Assembly (NCBI GenBank): GCA_046758965.1
Contig: JBHIBG010000020.1
Coordinates: 1 to 36,161, forward strand
Direction of reading: 5' to 3'
DNA: 36,161 nucleotides
From: Candidatus Methylomirabilia bacterium
Lineage (GTDB): Bacteria > Methylomirabilota > Methylomirabilia > Rokubacteriales > CSP1-6
The notes under the pieces were generated by a model that searched no databases, was not told the origin of the DNA, and saw nothing but the letters and a program-made list of their open reading frames with translations. Made by a program: the position numbers and the translations under genes. Positions 27,475-36,047 of the stretch are shown here, piece after piece; within the stretch, counting starts at the first letter, position 1; the number at the start of each line of letters is the position of its first letter.

Positions 27475-27951
27475 GTGGGCGACGTGAAGCCACGCGGAAT
27501 GGCCGTAGCGCTTGCCATTGTGACTCTGTTTGCCAGCCAGGGCTGCGCGGCCGTCGGGTTGACGGTCTTCGGGGTGGGAGCCGGCGTCTCCGCCAGGACA
27601 GGGGTTTCCCACACCTTCGGGAGCGTCGCGTACAAGACGTTCACGGCGCCGCTGGAGGCACTCCACACAGCCACGCTGATGACGCTCAAACGCATGGACA
27701 TCACGGTGACCGGGGGCGACGACACCGAGGCCGGCCGGACGATCCTTGCGAAGGCAGCAGACCGGAAGGTAGAGATCAAGCTCGGCACGTTAACCTCCCG
27801 TACGACGCGGATGCGGGTGGTCGCGAAGAAGAGCTGGCTGAACTGGGACCGAGCGACCGCCATAGAGATCATTGTGCAGACTGGCCAGACCCTCGTCGAT
27901 AATCCGCATCTGGCCGCGACCGGATCCGAAGCGCGGGCGCCACGGCCTTAG
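27475..27951 (+). CDS. DUF3568-like lipoprotein
   Basis: RBS AAGGAGG; lipobox SQGC, Gly/Ala-rich segment, YKTFTAPL...TRMRV...DRATAIEII pattern. Family assignment is from memory. Confidence 0.7.
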   Translation: MGDVKPRGMAVALAIVTLFASQGCAAVGLTVFGVGAGVSARTGVSHTFGSVAYKTFTAPLEALHTATLMTLKRMDITVTGGDDTEAGRTILAKAADRKVEIKLGTLTSRTTRMRVVAKKSWLNWDRATAIEIIVQTGQTLVDNPHLAATGSEARAPRP

Positions 27952-27993
27952 TCGCCTGCAAGTTCACCGGCCCGCTCATCCGGAGGAAGAGTG

Positions 27994-28022
27994 TTGCTGC
28001 CGCCGAGCGCCTCCGGTATGAT
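27994..28022 (+). promoter_or_regulatory. Putative sigma70 promoter for gabD
   Basis: TTGCTG (27994-27999), 17 bp spacer, TATGAT (28017-28022). Confidence 0.55.
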
Positions 28023-28120
28023 GGCATTCATCCTGCCGGGGAGAGTGCGGGTCTGTGGTCGGCTCCAGGACCTGCGAGAGGGCCTGGAGAGTCAGCGGGG
28101 AACTAGGGAGGTCGACGCGA

Positions 28121-29575
28121 ATGGGGACGGACGTGTCGCGGATGTACGTGGACGGCCACTGGGTCGAGGCGGAAAGTGGGGACACTTTTGATGTGATCAA
28201 CCCGGCCACCCGCGAGGTCGTGGCCGCGGTTGCCAATGGGGGGACCAACGAGACCCGCAGGGCGGTAGAGGCCGCCGACGCCGCGTTCAAACAGTGGTCG
28301 GTACTCCCCCCCAAGGAACGGGGGAGGATCCTGTCTCGGATCGAGGCGGGGATGGAGGCTCGGCGCGACGAGCTCGCTGAGCTCATCGTCCAGGAGAACG
28401 GCAAGCCGTTTGAGGAAGCACAGAAGGAGGTGGCGTTCGCCCTCGGCTACTTCGGCTGGTTCGCCGAGGAGGGGAGGCGGATCAAGGGCGAGTGGGTGGC
28501 CTCCCCACTGCCCGGCAAGCGGCTGTGGGTGTTCCGCCAACCGATCGGGGCCGTGGCGGCCGTTACGCCCTGGAACTTCCCGGCTACCATGGTGACCCGG
28601 AAGATCGCCCCGGCCCTGGCTGCGGGGTGCAGCGTGGTGCTGAAGCCTGCCTCCGCGACCCCCCTGACAGCGTTAGCCATCGCCCGGGTCTCCCAGGAGG
28701 CGGGGCTCCCCCCCGGGGTCTTGAACGTGCTGACCACCAATCGCTCCTCCTCGGTGGCGACGGAGATTCTCGGCAATCCCGTGATCCGGAAAATTGGATT
28801 CACCGGCTCCACTGAGGTCGGAAAGTGGCTCATGGAGCGAGCGGCCAAGCAGCTCAAGCGGCTCTCGTTCGAGCTGGGCGGCAATGCCCCCTTCATCATC
28901 TTCGAGGATGCCGATCTGGACGCCGCCGTGGAAGGCGCGGTGGCCATCAAGTTCCTCCGAGTCGGCGGGCAGTCGTGCATCTGCGCGAACCGGATTCTCG
29001 TCCAGGAGTCCATCGCCGACCGCTTCATCCCGGCCTTCGTGGACCGGGTGAAGGCCCTCCGCGTGGGCCCCGGCTTCGAGCCCGGTGCCCAGGTGGGGCC
29101 GCTGATCAACGAAGAGACCCGGAAGAAGGTCCACGCGCTCGTCGAGGATGCTGTGGGCCGCGGGGCCCGGGTGGCTCAAGGCGGTGGTGTCCTGACCGAA
29201 GGTGCCCTGGGCCGCGGCTTCTTCTACGCCCCGACGATCCTCCTGGACGTCACAGACGAGATGCCGGTGTGCCAGGAGGAGATCTTCGGGCCGGTAGCCC
29301 CGGTGGCGACGTTCAGGACCGAGGAAGAGGTTATCCACCGCGCCAACAACACGACCTATGGCCTCGCCAGTTACTTTTACTCCCGCGACGCCGGGCGCAT
29401 CCTCCGCGTCGCTGAACAGCTCGAGTATGGGCTGGTGGGCGTGAACGATGCCGCCGGGTACACCCACGAGATCCCCTTCGGGGGGTTCAAAGAGTCCGGG
29501 CTCGGCCGGGAGGGAGGCCACGAGGGAATCGAGGAGTACTCGGAGGTCAAATCAGTGGTCCTTTCGCTGGCGTGA
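28121..29575 (+). CDS. gabD: NAD(P)-dependent succinate-semialdehyde dehydrogenase family aldehyde dehydrogenase
   Basis: RBS GGGAGG; TPWNFP, FTGSTEVG, ELGGNAP, GQSCIC, EEIFGP, PFGGFKESGLGREG. Substrate not certain. Confidence 0.85.
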   Translation: MGTDVSRMYVDGHWVEAESGDTFDVINPATREVVAAVANGGTNETRRAVEAADAAFKQWSVLPPKERGRILSRIEAGMEARRDELAELIVQENGKPFEEAQKEVAFALGYFGWFAEEGRRIKGEWVASPLPGKRLWVFRQPIGAVAAVTPWNFPATMVTRKIAPALAAGCSVVLKPASATPLTALAIARVSQEAGLPPGVLNVLTTNRSSSVATEILGNPVIRKIGFTGSTEVGKWLMERAAKQLKRLSFELGGNAPFIIFEDADLDAAVEGAVAIKFLRVGGQSCICANRILVQESIADRFIPAFVDRVKALRVGPGFEPGAQVGPLINEETRKKVHALVEDAVGRGARVAQGGGVLTEGALGRGFFYAPTILLDVTDEMPVCQEEIFGPVAPVATFRTEEEVIHRANNTTYGLASYFYSRDAGRILRVAEQLEYGLVGVNDAAGYTHEIPFGGFKESGLGREGGHEGIEEYSEVKSVVLSLA

Positions 29576-29640
29576 GCCACCGCTACGGGTAGGGGCCAGG
29601 GCGGCGGTCGCTCATAGGATATGGTCGGGTGGGAGAGACC

Positions 29641-29671
29641 TTGACGAGAGTACAGTATGGTGTAGCATAAT
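29641..29671 (+). promoter_or_regulatory. Putative sigma70 promoter for yjbQ
   Basis: TTGACG (29641-29646) with TAGCAT at 16 bp or CATAAT at 19 bp spacing. Confidence 0.5.
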
Positions 29672-29792
29672 CTTTGGCCCAGGCGGCGGGCACGATACCC
29701 GGTTGACTGGCGGGGGCGTCGCGACCTCAGGCGTCTCCGCGGGGGATTCCCCGATCGGCGGCGCAGCGCGCGTGTGGAAGGAGGAGATCGTG

Positions 29793-30230
29793 GTGCGGAC
29801 ATTGAAAGTGGTTCGGAAAACCTTCACGCTCCTGAGCGAGAAGCGCACCGAGCTTTTCGATGTGACCAAGCAGATCAGGGACATCGTCCTGAACGCTGAC
29901 GTGAAAGAGGGCATCCTTCTCGTGAATTCGCTCCACACGACGGTTGCGCTTTTCGTTAACGAGTTTCAAGCCGCCCTGATGGAAGATCTCAATGCCATGC
30001 TGGAGCGACTGGTGAAGGAACGCAACGGCTATCGGCACGACGACCCGCGCTACTCGGACTGCGAGCGGGGCAACGCCTCGGCTCATCTTCGGGCAGCCCT
30101 CCTGGGACGCAGCGTGGCCGTGGGGATCACCGGCGGCGAACTCTCGCTCGGTCGGTTCCAGTCCATCATCTTCGCTGAGCTTGATGGCCCGCGCCCGCGG
30201 ACCATCGACATCCAGATTTTGGGAATCTGA
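29793..30230 (+). CDS. yjbQ: YjbQ / UPF0047 family protein
   Basis: RBS GAGGAG; HTTVALFVNE, YRHDD, NASAHLRAALLG, LGRFQSIIFAELDGPRPR. Confidence 0.9.
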   Translation: MRTLKVVRKTFTLLSEKRTELFDVTKQIRDIVLNADVKEGILLVNSLHTTVALFVNEFQAALMEDLNAMLERLVKERNGYRHDDPRYSDCERGNASAHLRAALLGRSVAVGITGGELSLGRFQSIIFAELDGPRPRTIDIQILGI

Positions 30231-30341
30231 CGGGCGCTGCCGACGGGGTCAGAACCAGCCGCATACAACCTCCCCCGGGCCTCATAGCGGCGGCAGAAGG
30301 GAGGCCGAGAAGAGGAACGTCGCGCAGGAAACGTTCTGAAC

Positions 30342-31787
30342 ATGCCAGTACAGGTCGAGCAGATCGGCGAGTACCTCTGGCGGATCCCCCCTGATGCCAA
30401 GCCGGGCATGCGCGTGCCGGGCCTGGTCGTTGCCGATGCGGCGTTGATGGCCCAGATCCGCCGCGATGCTTCCCTCGAGCAGGTTGCCAACGCCGCCGCC
30501 CTTCCCGGGATCCTCAAGGCCTCCTTCGCCATGCCCGACATCCACCAGGGTTACGGGTTGCCCGTGGGCGGGGTGGTGGCCACCGACCTCACCGACGGGG
30601 TGGTCAGCCCCGGCGGGGTCGGCTACGACATCAACTGCGGGGTCCGGCTCCTCAGCACCAACCTCACGTTCCGGGACGTGCAGCCGCGCTTCCGCCAGCT
30701 CATCGACAGCCTCTATCAGGTCATCCCCACTGGCGTGGGCTCGCGGGGACCGATCAAGCTCACTGCCGCAGATGAGCCCCGCGTGGTCGTGAAAGGAGCC
30801 CGGTGGGCGGTAGAGGAGGGGTACGGCCTTCCCGAGGATCTGGAGCGGATCGAGTCGGGGGGCGTGCTCCCTGAGGTCGACCCTGAGGCGGTCAGCAGGC
30901 GCGCTTACGAGCGGGGTCGAGGGCAGCTCGGCACGCTCGGCTCGGGAAACCACTTCCTGGAAATGCAGGTTGTCGAGGAGATCTATGACGAGGGCGTCGC
31001 GCGAGTCCTGGGCCTCTTTCGCGACCAGCTTGCGGTCATGATCCACACGGGTTCGCGGGGGTTCGGGCATCAGGTGTGCACGGACTACCTCCGGCGGCTC
31101 GAGGGGGCGGTGAAGCGATACGGCATCCAGCTGCCCGACCGGCAGCTGGCCTGCGCCCCGCTCGCCTCTCCGGAGGCCCGGGACTATCTCGGGGCCATGC
31201 GCGCTGCGGCGAACTTTGCCTTTGCCAACCGGCAGTGCCTCGCCCACTGGACGCGGGAAACGTTCTTGCGGGTGCTCGGCATCTCCCCCAACGAGCTCGG
31301 GATGACCCTGGTCTACGACGTGGCCCACAACATTGCCAAGGTCGAAGAGCACGAGGTGGGCGGGGCTCGGCGGACTGTCGTAGTCCATCGCAAGGGGGCG
31401 ACCCGGGCCTTCCCGCCCGGCCACCCGGAGCTCGCCGAGCTCTACCGCGAAGTCGGCCAGCCCGTGCTGATCCCGGGCGACATGGGGCGGTACTCCTTCG
31501 TGCTCGTGGGGACGGAGGGTTCGATGCGTGAAACCTTTGGGAGCACCTGTCACGGGGCGGGCCGGGTCATGAGCCGGACTGCCGCCGTAAAGGCGGCGCG
31601 AGGACGCCAGATCTCCCGCGAATTGGAAGCCAAGGGGATCCTGGCACGAGCCACCGGGCGAGATGCCCTCGAAGAAGAGATGTCGGATGCCTATAAAGAC
31701 GTCAGAGATGTGGTGGAGGTGGTCGAGAAGTTTGGCATCTCCAAGAAGGTGGCCAAGCTCCGTCCCGTGGGGGTCATCAAGGGCTGA
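30342..31787 (+). CDS. rtcB: RNA ligase RtcB
   Basis: MPDIHQGYG, GYDINCG, LGSGNHFLE, HTGSRG, YDVAHN, HRKGAT, HGAGR, EE..AYK. Confidence 0.96.
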   Translation: MPVQVEQIGEYLWRIPPDAKPGMRVPGLVVADAALMAQIRRDASLEQVANAAALPGILKASFAMPDIHQGYGLPVGGVVATDLTDGVVSPGGVGYDINCGVRLLSTNLTFRDVQPRFRQLIDSLYQVIPTGVGSRGPIKLTAADEPRVVVKGARWAVEEGYGLPEDLERIESGGVLPEVDPEAVSRRAYERGRGQLGTLGSGNHFLEMQVVEEIYDEGVARVLGLFRDQLAVMIHTGSRGFGHQVCTDYLRRLEGAVKRYGIQLPDRQLACAPLASPEARDYLGAMRAAANFAFANRQCLAHWTRETFLRVLGISPNELGMTLVYDVAHNIAKVEEHEVGGARRTVVVHRKGATRAFPPGHPELAELYREVGQPVLIPGDMGRYSFVLVGTEGSMRETFGSTCHGAGRVMSRTAAVKAARGRQISRELEAKGILARATGRDALEEEMSDAYKDVRDVVEVVEKFGISKKVAKLRPVGVIKG

Positions 31788-31824
31788 TCCTCCTCCTAGC
31801 CGGGGGAGCGGGGGGATCGCGATC

Positions 31825-31852
31825 AAGGCGCCGGGTTGCGCGGCGCCTTTCG
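31825..31852 (+). terminator. Probable intrinsic terminator after rtcB
   Basis: AAGGCGCCG-N7-CGGCGCCTT hairpin followed by a short T run. Confidence 0.55.
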
Positions 31853-31909
31853 TGTGTGTCGGATGATCGTGACCGACCTCCGGAGCGCCATCGCCGCCGA
31901 CCGCGTGCC

Positions 31910-31938
31910 TTGACCGGACCCGGTAGGTCAGGTAGACT
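31910..31938 (+). promoter_or_regulatory. Putative sigma70 promoter for the radical SAM operon
   Basis: TTGACC (31910-31915), 17 bp spacer, TAGACT (31933-31938). Confidence 0.65.
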
Positions 31939-31974
31939 AAACACTCGCTAACAGTTCATCAAACAAGGAAAAAC

Positions 31975-33693
31975 ATGTCCTGGTCGCTTAAGAAAAAGGC
32001 AATCGAGCTCCTGGCCGAGGAAGAGGGGGTCATCCGGAAGGACTGGGGAGGCAAGGTCTCGGTAGCCCTCGTCTACCCCAACACTTACGCGGTGGGGATG
32101 TCCAACCTGGGCTTTCAGAGTATTTACCACCACCTGAACCAGCTCTCGGATGTGGTCTGTGAGCGGGTGCTCTTCCCAGACCCCGGAGAGCTGGACGAAT
32201 ACCGGCGGACCGGCACGGCTCCCTTCTCCCTGGAGTCCCAGAGGCCCCTCACCGACTTCCACCTGGTTGGCTTTTCAGTGACTTACGAGGGGGATTACAT
32301 CAACGTGCTGCGCCTTCTCCTAATGGCCGGGATCCCACTCAGACCTGAAGAGCGGCGCCCCCACGACCCGCTGATCCTTATGGGAGGTGTCTGTGCCTTC
32401 TCCAACCCCGAGCCGCTCGCCCCGTTCATGGACTTCATCGTGGTGGGGGAGGGGGAGGAGGTCGTCGGGGAGCTGCTGGCGGCCTATCGGGGAGCCTTCG
32501 AGGGCGTCAGCCCCGCGGCCCGGAGCCGGGAGGCCTTCCTGAGCCGCCTCGCGGCCATTCCCGGAATCTACCTGCCTTCGGCGTACGAGGTGGCTTACAC
32601 AGCTGAGAGTGCGGTGGCGGCCGTGGTTCCCCGACGGGAGGACGTTCCCCGGATCGTGGTGAAGCGCCGGCTCAGAGATGTCAATCGCTTCGAGACGCTC
32701 TCGCTGCTCAAGAGCCCGCGCGCCGAGTACGGGCACATGGCGCTCTTGGAGGTCGGGAAGGGATGTGGCCGCGGCTGCCGCTTCTGCCTGGAGGGGGAGA
32801 TTTATCGGCCCGTTCGCCACAGGAGCTTGGTGTCGCTCCGCGAGACCGTGGCCAAGCTCTCAAAGGAAACGAAACGCATCGGGCTGGTCGGCGCCTGCGT
32901 GTCGGACTACCCATGGATCGGGGAGCTCATGAGGATCATGGAGGAGTACGGCATGGAGGTCTCGCTCTCCTCCATCCGGGCCGACAGCCTCAGCGAGGAT
33001 CTTGTCGCCGCTATCCAGCGGGGAGGCCACCGGACCCTCACCATCGCTCCGGAGGCGGGCACCGAGCGACTCCGCCAGGTGATCCGCAAGAACATCACGG
33101 ACGAGCAGCTCTACACCGCCTGTCAGCTGGTGCGAGCTCACGGCATCCCGAACCTCAAGTGCTACTTCATGATCGGGCTCCCGAGTGAAAGCCAGGGCGA
33201 TGTTGAGGCCATTCCAGATCTTGCAGCCCGCCTGCTCAAGCGGCTCTCCGTCCCCTCCAGGGACGGCCATCCCTTCGGACGCCTCACGCTCTCGATCTCC
33301 TCCTTCGTCCCGAAGCCGTGGACGCCGTTCCAGTGGGCTCCATTCGACGAACTCCGAAGCCTCCAGGAAAAGCTGGCGTTGATCAAGGATGGAGTTCGGC
33401 GATTCCCGAATGTCCGGGTGCGCCACGAGAATCCCCGTGAGGCTTCCCTTCAGGCGCTCCTGGCTCGAGGCGATCGGCGCGTGGCGGAGTTCCTCGAGCT
33501 GGCGGCCCGGCTCGACGGCAACTGGCGCCAGGCACTCAAGGAGTGGAAGGGGGATCCGGAGTTCTACACGACCAGACCCCGTGATCTCGACGAGATCTTT
33601 CCGTGGGACCACTTCGAGGTCGGGGTGAAAAAGGGCGGGCTGATTCGGGAGTTCCAGAAGGCGGGGTTGGCGCCCGCCGAGGTTCTTGCGTAG
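31975..33693 (+). CDS. Radical SAM protein (TIGR03960-like, B12-binding-like N-terminus)
   Basis: YPNTYAVGMSNLG, CGRGCRFC (CxxxCxxC), TIAPEAG, YFMIGLP, FVPKPWTPFQW. Confidence 0.88.
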   Translation: MSWSLKKKAIELLAEEEGVIRKDWGGKVSVALVYPNTYAVGMSNLGFQSIYHHLNQLSDVVCERVLFPDPGELDEYRRTGTAPFSLESQRPLTDFHLVGFSVTYEGDYINVLRLLLMAGIPLRPEERRPHDPLILMGGVCAFSNPEPLAPFMDFIVVGEGEEVVGELLAAYRGAFEGVSPAARSREAFLSRLAAIPGIYLPSAYEVAYTAESAVAAVVPRREDVPRIVVKRRLRDVNRFETLSLLKSPRAEYGHMALLEVGKGCGRGCRFCLEGEIYRPVRHRSLVSLRETVAKLSKETKRIGLVGACVSDYPWIGELMRIMEEYGMEVSLSSIRADSLSEDLVAAIQRGGHRTLTIAPEAGTERLRQVIRKNITDEQLYTACQLVRAHGIPNLKCYFMIGLPSESQGDVEAIPDLAARLLKRLSVPSRDGHPFGRLTLSISSFVPKPWTPFQWAPFDELRSLQEKLALIKDGVRRFPNVRVRHENPREASLQALLARGDRRVAEFLELAARLDGNWRQALKEWKGDPEFYTTRPRDLDEIFPWDHFEVGVKKGGLIREFQKAGLAPAEVLA

Positions 33694-33707
33694 GAGGAGG
33701 GATCCAC

Positions 33708-34394
33708 GTGGAACGGACGCCGCCGGGACGTTTCATGCTCTACACCGTCTTCAAGGTCCTGCCCGGGTGGTACGGGCTGGCCAAGGAGGAGAAGGCCCGG
33801 GCCATCGCCGAGTACCTGGCGCGGGTGGATGACTTCAAGCACCGGCTGGTCATTCGGACCTACTCCACTCTCGGGCTCAAGCGGGAGGCGGACTTCCTCC
33901 TCTGGCTCATCACCCCCGAGCTAGACGCGGTTCAGGGGCTCACGGAAGCGCTCAGGAAGACCGCCATGGCCCCGTACTTGGAGAACACAGGGAGCTACCT
34001 GGCGGTCACCCGCGAGTCGACGTACCTGAAGGGGCATATGCAAGAGGCGCCCCAGGTGATGGTGGAGCCAGGGCAGGGGAGGTATCTGTTCGTCTACCCC
34101 TTCGTCAAGAGCCGGGAGTGGTATCTACTCCCCGTGGAGGTGCGGCAGAAGATGATGAACGACCACTTCAAGGTCGGGCACGAGTTCCCGGGGATTCGGA
34201 TCAACACGGGCTACTCCTTCGGCCTCGACGATCAGGACTTTGTTCTGGCCTTTGAGGGGGATGAGCCAAGGGATTTCGTCACGCTGGTCATGCGCCTGAG
34301 AGAGACCGAGGGGAGTCGGTATACGGTCCGTGACACTCCCTTTTACACCGGCGTCAGGAAACCGCTCGAGGAGATCCTCTGGTCGCTTGGGTGA
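33708..34394 (+). CDS. Chlorite dismutase-fold heme protein, most like coproheme decarboxylase ChdC/HemQ
   Basis: RBS GGAGGAGG with GTG; YSTLGLKREADF, VYPFVKSREWYLLP, proximal His in MMNDH, SFGLDDQDFVLAFE. Confidence 0.85.
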   Translation: MERTPPGRFMLYTVFKVLPGWYGLAKEEKARAIAEYLARVDDFKHRLVIRTYSTLGLKREADFLLWLITPELDAVQGLTEALRKTAMAPYLENTGSYLAVTRESTYLKGHMQEAPQVMVEPGQGRYLFVYPFVKSREWYLLPVEVRQKMMNDHFKVGHEFPGIRINTGYSFGLDDQDFVLAFEGDEPRDFVTLVMRLRETEGSRYTVRDTPFYTGVRKPLEEILWSLG

Positions 34395-34432
34395 CAGCCG
34401 ACGCGGCCGGGTGGTGAAGGAGAGAGCCGAGT

Positions 34433-34738
34433 ATGGGGAAGAGCGTCAAGGTGGCGGAGACGGGCGACCTGAGCCCCGGCGAGGGGAAGGTCGTGGAGGT
34501 GGAGGGGAAGACGCTGGCCCTGTTCAACGTCGATGGAGCGTACTACGCCATTGACAATACGTGCCTTCACCGGGGAGGTCCCCTGGGGGAGGGCGAACTG
34601 GAAGGCAGCATCGTGACGTGTCCCTGGCACGGATGGAGATACGACACGAGCACCGGTGCCAACGTCAACAACCCCGCGGTGAAGGTGGCGGCATTTCCGG
34701 TCAAGGTGGAGGGGACCGCGGTCTTCGTCGAAGTGTAG
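34433..34738 (+). CDS. Rieske-type [2Fe-2S] ferredoxin
   Basis: CLHRGGPL and CPWHGW motifs in a 101-aa protein. Confidence 0.92.
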   Translation: MGKSVKVAETGDLSPGEGKVVEVEGKTLALFNVDGAYYAIDNTCLHRGGPLGEGELEGSIVTCPWHGWRYDTSTGANVNNPAVKVAAFPVKVEGTAVFVEV

Positions 34739-34776
34739 GGCCGGTCGGGTCCGCAGTTGGGGGGCCCACGAGGGCC

Positions 34777-34805
34777 TTGACAGCCCTTCGTGAACTGCCC
34801 ATAAT
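34777..34805 (+). promoter_or_regulatory. Putative sigma70 promoter for moaA
   Basis: TTGACA (34777-34782), 17 bp spacer, CATAAT (34800-34805). Confidence 0.7.
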
Positions 34806-34838
34806 GGCCGAATTATTCAGGAAAATGGAGGTCTTTTC

Positions 34839-35915
34839 GTGTCGTTGACAGTGCCTCCTCCGGCGACGATGGGGCAGCGGGGCAGGGTGGTCGACACCTT
34901 TGGCCGGCCGCTTCAGAACCTGCGGCTGTCCGTGACGGACCGCTGCAACCTCCGTTGCCAGTACTGTATGCCGGAGGAGGAGTACGTCTGGCTTCCGCGC
35001 CAAGACCTCCTCACCTTTGAGGAAATCTCCGAGCTGGTCGAGTGCTTCGCCGAGTTGGGCGTGGACAAGGTGCGGATTACCGGCGGCGAGCCGCTCCTGC
35101 GCAGAGACCTGCCGACATTGGTGCAGATGGTCGCCCGCATCCCGCGGATTCATGACGTGGCCATCACGACCAACGGAGTGCTGTTAGCCGACCATGCGCA
35201 GGCGCTCTGGGAGGCAGGCCTGTCCCGCGTGACCGTCAGCCTCGACACGCTCGACCCGGAGCGCTTCGAGGTGTTGACGAGACGGAACGGGCACGAAAAA
35301 GTCCTGCGGGGGATCGAGGCAGCCTGTGAGGTCGGGTTCAGAGGCCTGAAGATCGACAGCGTGGTCATGCGCGGATACAACGACGACGAGCTCGTCCCTC
35401 TACTGGAGTATGGCAAGCAGGTGGGTGCCGAAGTCCGGTTCATCGAGTACATGGACGTAGGCGGGGCGACGCGCTGGTCGAGTGACAGAGTGTTCCCGCG
35501 CGAGGCCATGCTCGAGGTGCTGCGCCGCTACTACGGGCGGGTCGAGCCCGTCATCGAGGTCAGCTCGGCCCCGGCGGAGCGGTTCACCCTCCCCGATGGC
35601 ACCGCGTTCGGCATCATCGCGTCCATGACCGTCCCGTTTTGCCGGACGTGCGACAGGAGCCGACTGACCGCAGACGGGTTGTGGTATCTCTGCCTGTACT
35701 CGCAGGAGGGGATGGACTTGAGTCAGCCGCTCAGGAGTGGCGCCTCACGGGCGGAGCTGAAGTCGATCATGACGAGTCACTGGAGCGCCCGACGGGATCG
35801 CGGGGCGGAAGAGCGAAAGGAGCTCGAGGAGACCCAGGGCTTCAGGGGCGCGTTGGTCCAGATCGCCGAGCTCAAGCAGGATCCCCACCGGGAGATGCAC
35901 ACGCGCGGGGGCTGA
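34839..35915 (+). CDS. moaA: GTP 3',8-cyclase MoaA
   Basis: LRLSVTDRCNLRCQYCMP, TGGEPLLR, RFIEYM, FCRTCDRSRL...CL, C-terminal GG. Confidence 0.96.
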   Translation: MSLTVPPPATMGQRGRVVDTFGRPLQNLRLSVTDRCNLRCQYCMPEEEYVWLPRQDLLTFEEISELVECFAELGVDKVRITGGEPLLRRDLPTLVQMVARIPRIHDVAITTNGVLLADHAQALWEAGLSRVTVSLDTLDPERFEVLTRRNGHEKVLRGIEAACEVGFRGLKIDSVVMRGYNDDELVPLLEYGKQVGAEVRFIEYMDVGGATRWSSDRVFPREAMLEVLRRYYGRVEPVIEVSSAPAERFTLPDGTAFGIIASMTVPFCRTCDRSRLTADGLWYLCLYSQEGMDLSQPLRSGASRAELKSIMTSHWSARRDRGAEERKELEETQGFRGALVQIAELKQDPHREMHTRGG

Positions 35916-35917
35916 AC

Positions 35918-36047
35918 ACTCGGAGGGGGGCTCCGCCCCGCGTCCGAGCGGCGCGATCCGGAAATCACCGCTCCGAGCGCCGGCTTCGCCGGCGCAACCC
36001 TTTTCGGGGGGAGGAATCGGTAGGGGGGCGCAAGCCCCCCTCCGAGT
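35918..36047. repeat. 130-bp REP/MITE-like element with perfect 15-bp terminal inverted repeats
   Basis: ACTCGGAGGGGGGCT (35918-35932) and AGCCCCCCTCCGAGT (36033-36047); internal hairpin GCGCCGGC-TTC-GCCGGCGC (35977-35995). Confidence 0.75.

Noticed and set aside
18333..27960. Genomic island integrated at tRNA-Leu
   Set aside because: No integrase, no duplicated tRNA 3' end found by eye and no obvious composition shift; cannot be supported from this window.
33708..34394. True chlorite dismutase (perchlorate respiration)
   Set aside because: The distal catalytic Arg appears absent, there is no signal peptide, and no (per)chlorate reductase genes are nearby.
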